Source: Candidatus Bathyarchaeota archaeon
GTDB lineage: Archaea > Thermoproteota > Bathyarchaeia > Bathyarchaeales > Bathycorpusculaceae
Assembly (NCBI GenBank): GCA_963707955.1
Contig: OY970176.1
Location: 32,001 to 96,000, forward strand
DNA length: 64,000 nucleotides
Direction of reading: 5' to 3'
Position 1 is the first letter of the stretch. Each line of letters starts with the position of its first letter. The notes under the pieces were generated by a model. It saw only the letters and a list, made by a program, of their open reading frames with translations, was not told where the DNA came from and did not search any database. Shown in pieces: positions 40,262-49,792 of the stretch. Made by a program: the position numbers and the translations under genes.

Positions 40262-41232
40262 GGATCATCCGCATCTTCTGGAAACAATACTTCTTTTCCA
40301 TCTCTTACGAGGATGCGGCTCGTGTCTTTTGTGAAAATGCCCAAGACGTTTGCTTGAATCTTGCTTCGACGCATAGTTGTTTCGACTTTTTCTTTTGCTT
40401 TCGGACTAACACTGGCTAGGATTGTTCCAGTAGATGACATGGATAACAATTGCTTTTCCGACAGTTGGAAGTGTTTCTGCAGCGTTTTCACTTCTTTGCA
40501 GATTGGAATACTCTCAAATTCTATTCTAAAACCGACTTTGGAAGCTTCAGCCATCTCATTTAATGCTGCTGTCAAACCTCCTTCAGTGGCATCGTGCATA
40601 GCATGAATGCTGCCTGTTTCAGCAAGCAGCAACGCTTCTCTAACGCAACTCTGCATTGGAACAAGTTCTTCTAGCTCTTGCGTTTTTTGAACTCCGAAAA
40701 TCCTCTTCGCCGTATCCTCGCGGGTCAAGGCGAAGTTGACTGCAACTTCTAAGCCTATCGGTTTCATACAATAAATGTAGTCTGCAGGTTTAGCGCCGCT
40801 CGGTGTTATGAGTTTGCTTCTGTCGATTGTTCCGTAGGCTGTGCAGACCCCGACTAGGGTTGAGAGTCCATTGTAGGTTCCGGTGTGCCCTGTCACGATG
40901 GCCATTTGAAGTTCATCGGCGGCGCGGCAGGTTTGCTGCATGACCTTAAGGAAGGTCTGGGGTTTCGTCGATGGTGGACCCAAGAGATTGATAGTGCAGA
41001 ATTCTGGCTTTGCCCCAAAGAGTGCCACGTCCGAAGCAGCATAGTGAATTAGTAGCCATCCAAACCATTCTTCTGGAACGCCAATGCATGGGTCAGTGGA
41101 GATTACTAGGTACTTGTCGCCTATCTTGTGTACTCCTGAGTCGTAGCCGGCCAGTGGAGGGACGATGACTCGTGAGTCTTTTTTGATGCAGGCCAAGAGT
41201 TTTTTGAGTTCGTAGTCGGATAGTTTTCCCAT
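40237..41232 (-). CDS. AIR synthase/PurM-like family protein (HypE/ThiL-related)
   Basis: MGKL, STDP, TGHTG and MHDATEGG motifs. Confidence 0.85.
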   Translation of the reverse strand: MGKLSDYELKKLLACIKKDSRVIVPPLAGYDSGVHKIGDKYLVISTDPCIGVPEEWFGWLLIHYAASDVALFGAKPEFCTINLLGPPSTKPQTFLKVMQQTCRAADELQMAIVTGHTGTYNGLSTLVGVCTAYGTIDRSKLITPSGAKPADYIYCMKPIGLEVAVNFALTREDTAKRIFGVQKTQELEELVPMQSCVREALLLAETGSIHAMHDATEGGLTAALNEMAEASKVGFRIEFESIPICKEVKTLQKHFQLSEKQLLSMSSTGTILASVSPKAKEKVETTMRRSKIQANVLGIFTKDTSRILVRDGKEVLFPEDADDPYARILSG

Positions 41233-41247
41233 GGTGTTCGCGATGCC

Positions 41248-41778
41248 TTAGAGGTAAATGTTGATGGCCTTGCTTTTCTGTAAGATGCCGATTATTATGG
41301 CGCATATTATCAAGCTTGGTATCATGTAGCTTCCGTTGTAAATTGCTGAGTAGACTAAGGGGTTCTCTCCGTTCGCGTAGTTGGACCAGTAGAGTACGCC
41401 TGAGACGAAGTGGCTTATGAATCGGCCTGTAGCGCCTACGACGACGCCTGCAACTGGGGTTTTCTGGAAAAACCCGGCGACGCCAAGCAGACCGAAGGGC
41501 AACGGGTAATCCAGGATGAATTGGGCGGGGTTGACGACGAAAGGTTCGATTGCAAGATCAACGACGCCGAACACGGCGCCTGCGAAAATCCCTATTTTTG
41601 GGCCTCTTCTGTAGGCCAGCCAGAAGATGGGTACCATTCCAATGTTGATGCTTCCGCCTTGTGGCAGGCTGAAGAAAGAATGGCTTATGAGGCTTAAGGC
41701 TCCGGCCAAGGCGACGAGCACTATTACTTCTGAGAGTATCTTGGTGCTAAAATGCCGATTTGCGGGTTTTTGATCTAT
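41248..41778 (-). CDS. thiT: ECF thiamine transporter S-component ThiT; probable ATA start
   Basis: LPQGGSI, QFILDYP, RFISHFVSGV and YSAIYNGSY motifs; in-frame N-terminus FSTKILSEVI upstream of GTG 41721. Confidence 0.85.
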   Translation of the reverse strand: MDQKPANRHFSTKILSEVIVLVALAGALSLISHSFFSLPQGGSINIGMVPIFWLAYRRGPKIGIFAGAVFGVVDLAIEPFVVNPAQFILDYPLPFGLLGVAGFFQKTPVAGVVVGATGRFISHFVSGVLYWSNYANGENPLVYSAIYNGSYMIPSLIICAIIIGILQKSKAINIYL

Positions 41779-41782
41779 TGTT

Positions 41783-41877
41783 TTTTCCCTCCGCCAGTAT
41801 TACCTGGGTCAGGTTCTAAGGGTCGACGGTGTTCAACCGTCCTCTCAGCCGGGTCACAATCCCAGCTCCCCGAAACC
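41783..41877 (-). ncRNA. TPP riboswitch
   Basis: GGGGAGCTGGG..CCCGGCTGAGAGGACGGT..ACCGTCGACCCTTAGAACCTGACCCAGGTAATACTGGCGGAGGGA matches the TPP consensus; directly upstream of thiT; TATA-like TTTTATA at ~41904-41910. Confidence 0.92.
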
Positions 41878-42038
41878 TATGAAGGGTAATTGTTATCTAT
41901 GCGTATAAAAGCGTTCTGGATGACACTTTAGATTACGCAACAACGAAAATGCGTTGCTTGGGAGATCGTGATCTGTCGCTGCTTCTTGCCAGTCAGACAT
42001 GCTTAAGAACTTCGTTGATCAATTAGTCTTGATGTTTC

Positions 42039-42602
42039 ATGGACAGACCAATCAAGATTCTGGGTTTTGCGGGGAGCTTGCGAAAAGATTCGTACAATAA
42101 AGCACTGCTACGTGCCGCTGTTGAACTGGCACCAAAGAGTGCTGTGATTGAGACCTTCGACCTTGAAGGTATTCCGCTGTTCAATCAGGACTTGGAGACT
42201 CAACTGCCACAGAAGGTCAAGGACTTCAAGGCCAAGATCAGAGCCGCAGATGCAATACTGATCGTCACTCCCGAATACAACTATTCTATTCCCGGCGTTC
42301 TCAAGAACGCGATCGACTGGGCTTCAAGACCATATCCAGACAACGCGTTTGAAGGTAAACCCGTGGCCGTTATGGGAGCATCGATAGGCATGCTGGGCAC
42401 AGCGAGGGCACAGTATCACCTGCGCCAATGCTTCGTTTTCCTCAACATGCATCCAATCAACGTTCCCGAAGTCTTCCTAGCCTACGCACAGGAAAAGTTT
42501 GATGAAAACGGCGGGTTGAAAGACGAAAACACCAAGAAACTTATAGTTAAGACGCTTGAAAACCTGACCTCTTGGACTCTGAGATTGAGAAAAGATGAGT
42601 GA
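42039..42602 (+). CDS. NADPH-dependent FMN reductase (ChrR-like)
   Basis: GSLRKDSYN and TPEYNYSIPGVLKNAIDWASR motifs. Confidence 0.92.
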   Translation: MDRPIKILGFAGSLRKDSYNKALLRAAVELAPKSAVIETFDLEGIPLFNQDLETQLPQKVKDFKAKIRAADAILIVTPEYNYSIPGVLKNAIDWASRPYPDNAFEGKPVAVMGASIGMLGTARAQYHLRQCFVFLNMHPINVPEVFLAYAQEKFDENGGLKDENTKKLIVKTLENLTSWTLRLRKDE

Positions 42603-42873
42603 GTTCCACCTACAAGAAGGTTCGTAGGCGGTTTATCGCAAATCCAACGCGAATCGCCCGCATTCGCCAACAGGGCAAAGTCTGCTGCTTCTATAGAACA
42701 GAGAAGGCAGCAGTGTTATCGATCGATAAGCACGGCCTAGATCGTAGCTATGACCTGGAAAAGCGGCGCTGGTCTGGGGCTTGGTTGCAAAGCTCTTGTT
42801 CAAGTATGAAACATACGCAAAGTTCCTTAGCATGCGCTTCCATTTTGAAGCTTTAAAAAAAAAAAGAGGGAGA

Positions 42874-43467
42874 CTAAGCGAAGATGGCCCATATGCTCAC
42901 TGTCCAACTGCCTGTCGACGCTGAGAGCGCTGCGTCATTGAACTGAACTGTTACTGCTGAACTGTCGTAGTAACCAACGTTTGCCGTGAACGCGTCTGAA
43001 TAGCCTATTAGGGAATTTTCAGTCTCATTGTAGGCAAGGTTAACGGTTTTGCCGCGGAAAGTCAATGTAACCATGTCTGGAGTCAGCTGGTTAAAAGCGC
43101 TATAATTGAACGGAAGCACACCCACAACTGGCGTAGAAACGGGACCTGATACGTTGTTTGTTGGCACCAATGGATACGGTAGGTAGATCCACTCTTGTTG
43201 TGAAATATCAAAGACTATTTTGATCGTATAGGACTCTGCCGGGTTCAGGTTCTCTGTCACAACATGGAATGTGTATGGAACGCCCGAAAAGATTTCGCTG
43301 GGTATGTCGCCAACTTTGGTGAGCCTTATTGGAGAATTCAAGCTTGTGTAACTGTCTAACTCGTTGCTTGCACGTTGCCCAGAAAGAACGGCAGAAGCGA
43401 CGAAGACTACTCCGATCAGCGCCAGTGTCGTCAGCGCAGCTACAATGGCTATCCTCTCTTTCCTCAT
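42874..43467 (-). CDS. Membrane-anchored secreted protein
   Basis: N-terminal TM, beta-rich; followed by a T-tract on the minus strand. Confidence 0.65.
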   Translation of the reverse strand: MRKERIAIVAALTTLALIGVVFVASAVLSGQRASNELDSYTSLNSPIRLTKVGDIPSEIFSGVPYTFHVVTENLNPAESYTIKIVFDISQQEWIYLPYPLVPTNNVSGPVSTPVVGVLPFNYSAFNQLTPDMVTLTFRGKTVNLAYNETENSLIGYSDAFTANVGYYDSSAVTVQFNDAALSASTGSWTVSIWAIFA

Positions 43468-43506
43468 AGAGTCATCAAAGATAAATCGGAGTGCAGACAC
43501 TTAATG

Positions 43507-43565
43507 CCAAGCATTAGTACATTTGATACCAAGCACTGGTACATTTAGTACCAAGCATTGGTACA
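43507..43565. repeat. Three 22-bp tandem repeats with palindromic core GTACCAA-GCA-TTGGTAC
   Basis: CCAAGCATTAGTACATTTGATA / CCAAGCACTGGTACATTTAGTA / CCAAGCATTGGTACA. Confidence 0.8.
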
Positions 43566-43726
43566 CGACAGCACATGCTAGTTCTATGTTTTTTAACACT
43601 GTGATTTTCTCAAGCTAACCATTCCAAAACTGCTTACGGGATCTAGACCGATATTGGCGGACACACATTAGGAAAAACCTCTGAGAGTTAGCAGGTTTTT
43701 TAAGACCGCAAGAATTAACAGAACCG

Positions 43727-43773
43727 TTTTGGGGTAAAGTTTTATCCCCAAACCCAAACCCCAAACACACACA
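43727..43773. repeat. GGGGTAAAGTTTTATCCCC hairpin plus (CCCAAA)n; dispersed repeat family
   Basis: Related motifs at ~46771, ~50392 and ~52812. Confidence 0.7.
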
Positions 43774-43815
43774 AAAATTATTAGCTTTACAATACAAGCC
43801 TTGTAGGGGGTTGAT

Positions 43816-44451
43816 GTGTCATTCAACGTCCTAGGCATGATTGAAGATAAACGAGCGGTTAAGCCCTCACGATGGAACAGGGTCTTCCGCATAAGCCTCA
43901 AGCAACTTCTCGTCCTGATTCTTGTCATTGTTGCGGCTTTAGCCTCATTTGGTTGGGCTTCCGATAGAATTGAAACTCACAAACGTTGGGCATCGATGGT
44001 CGAGACATCACAGGAATTTGGTATTGTTTTCTCTGAGGTATACGTCCGTCTTCCTAGCATCACGGAAAACGCAACGACTGACCCCACACATTTCTGGTTT
44101 ACGAACGAGTTGGATTTTGCAAGTTGGACACTTAGCCAATTGGTTAAGGTTGACGAGGCACATGAGAGTGAACTCTATTGGATAGAAGATTTGATCGTTA
44201 CCTTACGTGACGCGAGCATAAATGGAGTACTGTTGAACGACTCCCAGTTTTGGAATTTGAGTAACGGTATTAAACTTATTGCAATTGAGCTTCCTGAAGC
44301 ATACTGGAATCCTCTCAACACCACGAGTGTAAACAGCGAGACTGGACCTCCCTTCTGGTATTTCGGGCCCTCACCACCTGACGAAACTATGTTGCAAACA
44401 GTAGCAACCCTCGCCATGCAACTAACAGAAACTATCCCAAAATCGACTTAG
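43816..44451 (+). CDS. Membrane-anchored hypothetical protein
   Basis: Single N-terminal TM; stop codon overlaps TAGCGCGCGC. Confidence 0.65.
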   Translation: MSFNVLGMIEDKRAVKPSRWNRVFRISLKQLLVLILVIVAALASFGWASDRIETHKRWASMVETSQEFGIVFSEVYVRLPSITENATTDPTHFWFTNELDFASWTLSQLVKVDEAHESELYWIEDLIVTLRDASINGVLLNDSQFWNLSNGIKLIAIELPEAYWNPLNTTSVNSETGPPFWYFGPSPPDETMLQTVATLAMQLTETIPKST

Positions 44452-44619
44452 CGCGCGCACGGTGAAATTCGAGGCGGAAACATTTATTTTCTAATATCCA
44501 TATAAATCGACTTCAGCGTCGTCAGTTTCACTCTCATGTACCAAACCCAAGGGATTAACGCACGCGCCCAATAACACCCATGGTTATGAACAGAAGTCCT
44601 GAATCAATGTCGCCAACCG

Positions 44620-45036
44620 TCAAACTACTGCTGCGTTTATTGGTATCGGTTGGCCAGCATATAATGTCCAATATGGCTCCGTTGATGGTGGCATGGTAAA
44701 TTTAGTGTAGTTAGTCGGTATCGTACTGTACATCTCTCCGTATATCACGGTACTACCTTCTTTGGGGAGTGGTGGGATGAAAGTAACACTGTTCGAAGGG
44801 AGTGTTTCGTTGGGAGTTAGCAGCCAATATGTTGTTGAAAAACTTCCATTGGCAAATCGAACTTCAAAATGACCGTAGGGCGTTGGTCTGTCGCTGTATG
44901 TGTTTCCGTCTATGACGATTGTATATGGTAGAGAAGATACGTGTTGCAATCTGATGACGTAGAAAATTCCAGCCAATACTGAGGAAGCAATTATGACCAG
45001 AACGAGAAAGGCAACCCGTATTTTCGTTATTTTCAA
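44620..45036 (-). CDS. Membrane-anchored hypothetical protein
   Basis: N-terminal TM followed by a Pro/Thr-rich domain. Confidence 0.6.
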   Translation of the reverse strand: MKITKIRVAFLVLVIIASSVLAGIFYVIRLQHVSSLPYTIVIDGNTYSDRPTPYGHFEVRFANGSFSTTYWLLTPNETLPSNSVTFIPPLPKEGSTVIYGEMYSTIPTNYTKFTMPPSTEPYWTLYAGQPIPINAAVV

Positions 45037-45168
45037 GGTTTCCCCTATTCTTTGATAGTAGAGAGTGGGAATTTAAGATTTCTGTCTTTGTCTTTTGGTG
45101 AAAGACCGGTTATTGGGAAGAGACAAAGGCTAACGCTAATCAATGATTGAATAGTTAAACATAGTCAT

Positions 45169-45369
45169 TCATGTAACAGATACGATTCTAGGAACCCAAT
45201 TTCTTTTTTCATTCCTCAAATATTGAGCAAACAGCAAAGCCTCTTCATTGATTAACGTCTCAATTTCCTGACGCTTACCACTTCTGATTCTGGGAACAGA
45301 AACTCAACTCATAAAAAATCGATCTAAACCTTTGACCAGACTGCGAGTTAGAAAGTCATTCAAGTATTC
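45169..45369 (-). pseudogene. 3'-terminal fragment resembling archaeal solo/casposon-type Cas1 (copy 1)
   Basis: EYLNDFLTRSLVKGLDRFFMS*VSVPRIRSGKRQEIETLINEEALLFAQYLRNEKRNWVPRIVSVT*; internal TGA at 45304-45306; Cas1 identity is from recall, not a search. Confidence 0.65.
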
Positions 45370-45429
45370 TCAAGGGAAACATATAAACGATTACTCGTCT
45401 TATGCAAGGAAAAGGGCGGTTCTCCCTGC

Positions 45430-46254
45430 ATGAAATGTGAAGTGTGTGGCCAAGAAATATTCCTACCGTTCCGATGCCCATACTGCAACGGGCAATTCTG
45501 CGAAGCTCATCGTTTGCCAGAAAACCATAATTGTCCAAATATACATCTTGCCCGCGCACCGAAACAGGAAGGAGACGTTGTTGTTTCGAGACCGGCAACG
45601 TCGGCCACGTATGATTACAGAATTACTCTTGGACCACCTCGACAACATAAAGGACGAGTTTATTTCAGCCCGAAAGAAGTTAAGCATTTGGCCATAGCTG
45701 CGTTGCTCGTCATCGCTGTCGGGATGCTGTCCGTTCTCTACGGCAGCATTATACCTGGGCCTAATTTGACCATCTCCGTCGTCGCTTTCACCATCATCCT
45801 GACCATGTCTTTTTTCATCCATGAAATGGCACATAAAATAACCGCTCAGAGAAGGGGTCTCTGGTCAGAATTCAGGTTGACACTCTGGGGCTCCGTTGTG
45901 ACTCTAATCTTTGCGTTTCTGCCGATCAAATTTATTTCTCCGGGCGCCGTGATGATCGCCGGAGCCGCTGATAGCAAAGAAATAGGAGAAATATCCATAG
46001 CTGGACCCATCGTCAACATCGTCTTGTCAATGCTGTTCCTCGGCACAGCATTCGTATCACGCTCCTATTCCTCAATCTTCATCTTCAGCAGCTTCTTCAA
46101 TGCGTACATAGCCGGATTTAACCTCTTACCAGTCGGAATTTTCGACGGACACAAAATATTCAACTGGAGCAAAATGATCTGGGTCTGCGCCTTCGCCATA
46201 AGCGCAGCCTTAACGGCAATCGGCTACATAATGTACTTACCTTACCTGCAGTGA
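45430..46254 (+). CDS. AN1-type zinc finger fused to M50 (site-2) intramembrane protease
   Basis: CEVC..PFRCPYCNGQFCEAHRLPENHNC; HEMAH; NLLP..FDG. Confidence 0.88.
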   Translation: MKCEVCGQEIFLPFRCPYCNGQFCEAHRLPENHNCPNIHLARAPKQEGDVVVSRPATSATYDYRITLGPPRQHKGRVYFSPKEVKHLAIAALLVIAVGMLSVLYGSIIPGPNLTISVVAFTIILTMSFFIHEMAHKITAQRRGLWSEFRLTLWGSVVTLIFAFLPIKFISPGAVMIAGAADSKEIGEISIAGPIVNIVLSMLFLGTAFVSRSYSSIFIFSSFFNAYIAGFNLLPVGIFDGHKIFNWSKMIWVCAFAISAALTAIGYIMYLPYLQ

Positions 46255-46519
46255 AAGACTTAAAAAGCTGGCAGCGCGACGTCCCCAGCTAGCACGAAGG
46301 CTTCCGGAAACGATGTATTTCAGTCGTTCTCCAGTTTTGATCTCGCATGTGCTGTCCACGCTGAACGCGCGCATGAGGGATGACGCATTCCTCCGAGCCA
46401 CAACATTACTTTAACTCCACTCTCTCCACTTTTCCAGAACGTCGCATTGACAAACGCCTTTTAACTCTGAAACTCGACGTTTCAACCGTAGCAAATCTTT
46501 CCTTCACCAGGCGAACCTG

Positions 46520-46693
46520 ATGTCTAATGACTGCTTGACCAAACCATGCAACCTGTGCGGCAACCGCATTCAAGGCGCCAACTACCATTGCCCAACGTGC
46601 AAGATCTGCATCTGCTTCGGCTGCGGACTGAAAATGGTCAACAAAGAAAACTACCCCCTAAGATGCCCAAGGTGCGGCGCAAAACTAGAGTAA
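46520..46693 (+). CDS. 57-aa RING-like (C4C4) zinc-finger protein, not in the ORF track
   Basis: MSNDCLTKPCNLCGNRIQGANYHCPTCKICICFGCGLKMVNKENYPLRCPRCGAKLE. Confidence 0.65.
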   Translation: MSNDCLTKPCNLCGNRIQGANYHCPTCKICICFGCGLKMVNKENYPLRCPRCGAKLE

Positions 46694-47320
46694 CAAGCTG
46701 TCAAGGTCATTTCCTCAACACGCTATCAGCGATCGCTAGATTGACAAACACCGTTTTTTGGTGGTTTGTTGGGGTAAAGTTGTATCTTTCTCTTTTCACG
46801 AGAGCGAACTTATTCTCCAGCGCATCGTTGCTTAGCCAAAGAATTGAAGATCTGTTAGGGCCCTGAGCTGGAAATAGAAGTTACAGATGCACTGAAGAAG
46901 AGGGCCATCTTGCTGACCAAGATCACGGAAGTCATCCCGGAAGGTTTCGGAGTAGCAAAGAAGCGCGCGCAAAACAACTTGCTATACTTTACCATTCAAC
47001 ATAGGCAGAAGGGAGTCATTTTCTAATAATTGTCACGAAACAGTCGTAGAAAAGAAATTTTTTTGACGATTTGTTACGCACGCGCGGTATCGGTTTTAGC
47101 TTCTCTCATAAACGACTGCAATACTGTGATTTACGGATTCGGTTTCTGGCTCACGCTTCTTTCAGTACTTCCGTTGTCGGTAGCAGCAGTCATCAGCGTC
47201 ATTGAAGCTCCAACGGGCTCCTGCCTGCTTAGGTTTTCTTGGGCAGCGTCTAAGGCCAATGTGAAAGCTCTGTCGTTAGCACTGACTTATTGAATTGTAT
47301 CTGAAAGGTTGGTTGGTCCT

Positions 47321-48352
47321 CTATTTCAGCTGGTTTTTCTTTCTCTTGAGGAGGGCGGTTGCGAGCAGTGTTGCGGCGAAGGGTATTGCTAGGATTGCGG
47401 TTGATGGAAACTCTGGAACTGTTGGGGTCTGATAATTCTGTAGCATGGGGTTTCCTTGTTGTGACTGGTACACGGAAGCTGGAATTGAGCCTGAACCTGA
47501 AGCTGCTGTCGCTGTTCCTCCTTCTTCCGGTAGGGCACTGACGCCGAGGGGCACGACCCAGTAGTTAGGTTGCTGAACGCTTAGGGTGATGGAAGTATTG
47601 TTTTCTGGAGGGATCACAAATGCTGATCCGGCTAGGCCGACGTATGTTGGTTGCCAGTAGACTGTGACGTTGACTTGTTCGCCGGCGACTGTGACTTGGA
47701 CGGTTGTCATGTTGCTCGGTAGGTTGACGTATATCCAATCCCATGCGTTGATTTGAACGGGAGCTTGAGGTGTAATAAGCGTGGCTGAACCGTCAGCTTG
47801 GGTCGATGTCCAAAGTTGGAGGTTTTCTCCGTAGTCCCAGTAGTACCAGGATCCCAGTATGGAGGCGGAAACTGAGGCGCCCTCAGCTGCGGTGCCATTG
47901 GCATAAGTGACTTCTACGGTTATTGTGGTTTCGGGAAACGATGTGACGTTTTGCGTTTGGATCGTGAATGCTGTTGAGCCGGATATCTGGTCGTTCGAGT
48001 AGCCGTATTCTGTGACAGGCGTTGCGTAGTATGGCATCGTGTAGACGCCTTGGATGGCATTTGATGTCTGATATGCGTCATAGTAGGCTGTTGCGGTGAA
48101 AACGTATTGTCCGTCGGGCAGTTCGAAGGAGGCTGCCGCATATTGGGTTTGGCATGAGGCAAGCAGGTAGCCGCTCATGTTAAAGGCTGAGACGGTGAAG
48201 CTGTAGGGAAGGTTGTTCTGAGTCTGGATGGTTATGCGAACGTTGCTATATGAAGCTGCTCGAGTAAGCGGCAGTGAGCACAACACGATTGCTGTGAGAC
48301 TCAAGATCAAGAAGGCGGCTGAAAAATAAAGGAATGCCTTTGGTTTGTTCAC
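47321..48352 (-). CDS. Surface glycoprotein with PEF-CTERM-like sorting signal
   Basis: Signal peptide; C-terminal VPEFP + TM + KRKK; many sequons. Confidence 0.8.
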   Translation of the reverse strand: MNKPKAFLYFSAAFLILSLTAIVLCSLPLTRAASYSNVRITIQTQNNLPYSFTVSAFNMSGYLLASCQTQYAAASFELPDGQYVFTATAYYDAYQTSNAIQGVYTMPYYATPVTEYGYSNDQISGSTAFTIQTQNVTSFPETTITVEVTYANGTAAEGASVSASILGSWYYWDYGENLQLWTSTQADGSATLITPQAPVQINAWDWIYVNLPSNMTTVQVTVAGEQVNVTVYWQPTYVGLAGSAFVIPPENNTSITLSVQQPNYWVVPLGVSALPEEGGTATAASGSGSIPASVYQSQQGNPMLQNYQTPTVPEFPSTAILAIPFAATLLATALLKRKKNQLK

Positions 48353-48495
48353 GGAATTCTCTCCGTCAATATCAACCAGAACCTTGCACACATATAAACA
48401 TCGTGCGCGCGCTAGATTTCTGTGTAATGTGGTTTAGAGTGGAAAGAGAGACTGGATTTAGTAGTAGTATGTTATTGTTGTGACTTACATCTCAT

Positions 48496-48688
48496 TTAAT
48501 TATCGATAAGTATAATTGGCTCTACTCTTATCGTCCAAGAAGCAAGGGCAGTACCGTTATAGTAACAGTTCAAGTCTACACTTGTCGAAGATTGACCGTC
48601 AATCCCCCAAAGTGTGCTATTTGCTATTTGGTGTTACCTCTGTATCTACAGCTAAAGAGCCCTCATTATGATAAGCTTCCACATGAAA
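48496..48688 (-). pseudogene. Degraded fragment of a secreted beta-sandwich protein gene
   Basis: FHVEAYHNEGSLAVDT...(frameshift)GIDGQSSTSVDLNCYYNGTALASWTIRVEP. Confidence 0.35.
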
Positions 48689-48701
48689 GAAAGCATATGT
48701 T

Positions 48702-48825
48702 TCAAGGGTGAGGATGGGTAAGCGTCAGGAAATTGAAACTCGGATTAACGAAGAAGCCCTATTATTTGCTCAATACCTGAGAGATGAAAAAAACTTGGAT
48801 TCCCATAGTTGTCAATTTGAATTAA
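48702..48825 (+). pseudogene. 3'-terminal fragment resembling solo Cas1 (copy 2)
   Basis: SRVRMGKRQEIETRINEEALLFAQYLRDEK(frameshift in A7)TWIPIVVNLN*; homologous to copy 1. Confidence 0.65.
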
Positions 48826-48880
48826 TCTACTTTCTGTATTGCGCGCGCTTTTATATCGTTGATAAGACAAGTTAAGACTT

Positions 48881-49447
48881 GTGACTCTGAAGATGAAAAC
48901 GGAATCTGCAATAGGCAGTATTCTTTCCGCAGCAGCGGGGCTTGTTCTGTTTTCTGCTTTCTTTCTTTCCTTTCTAATAACTGTAGGTACGTTTGGCGAG
49001 GAGTGGCGTACAGTACTTACACTTGAATCAACTGCTAATTCCTACACGCAATGGACGTGGCTTACTCTTGAATTGGGCATTTTGCCAATTGCGATAGGTC
49101 TAGTCTTATGTGCAATTGATTTCATGCTACACGAGAAAACTCGTACAAAAAGCCTAAACCAACTTCTACTCTGTGTCGCTGGTGGCATCTTCGCCGCTTG
49201 GGGGATCTACTATTTCCTTCGCGCATGTTCTAGTTATAACGTGGCAATTGGTTTAGCTGATCACTGGAACTTTGGCATCGGGGGGCAACCTAGGATAATA
49301 GCGTCACTTACGGTAATCGGGGAACTCAGGACAATCTATGCAGGATATAAGTTGGTCGGCATTCTTTGGCTCGTTCTGGGGATATTTCTTTCAGCAACTT
49401 CTGGTTACATTATGGCGCGGGCTCCAAATCACGTGGTTCGATCTTGA
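48881..49447 (+). CDS. Four-TM membrane protein
   Basis: Four hydrophobic segments. Confidence 0.65.
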   Translation: MTLKMKTESAIGSILSAAAGLVLFSAFFLSFLITVGTFGEEWRTVLTLESTANSYTQWTWLTLELGILPIAIGLVLCAIDFMLHEKTRTKSLNQLLLCVAGGIFAAWGIYYFLRACSSYNVAIGLADHWNFGIGGQPRIIASLTVIGELRTIYAGYKLVGILWLVLGIFLSATSGYIMARAPNHVVRS

Positions 49448-49675
49448 ACCAAGTCAGTTTTCGTTCAACTTTTGGCGTAGAATGCCTTTGGACAAGGCAA
49501 AGCAAAATCCTGCACTACAGGTAAGCTTTTCATCATCTAATCCCTTCGTCGTTTCAACAAGCATGGCAAGGTTTGCATTTTACAATTGTGTAGAACTCGA
49601 GACCTCTCACGTCTCGTTCGCCGACGCTTTCCCCAAATAATCAGGTGTTCAACCCGCTTATTTAATACTTCTTTA

Positions 49676-49760
49676 TCTGTCTGCTTGTCTGTCTGTCTGC
49701 CTGTCGGTCTGGGTCTGTCAGAGAGAGGTATAGTAAAGGTAGAGGAAAAAAGTAGAAAGG
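49676..49760 (+). repeat. Repeat half A: (TCTG)n-GGGTCTGTCAGAGAGAGG..GTAGAAAGG
   Basis: Near-identical to ~52707-52811. Confidence 0.8.
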
Positions 49761-49792
49761 TAGCGCGCGCGTTAGATTTAGTTCTGCTGTCT

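Noticed and set aside
42599-42856. 85-aa ORF after the FMN reductase
   Set aside because: No motifs or convincing composition; not supported.
43507-43565. Possible mini-CRISPR array near the Cas1-like fragments
   Set aside because: The units are directly adjacent with no unique 30-40-nt spacers.
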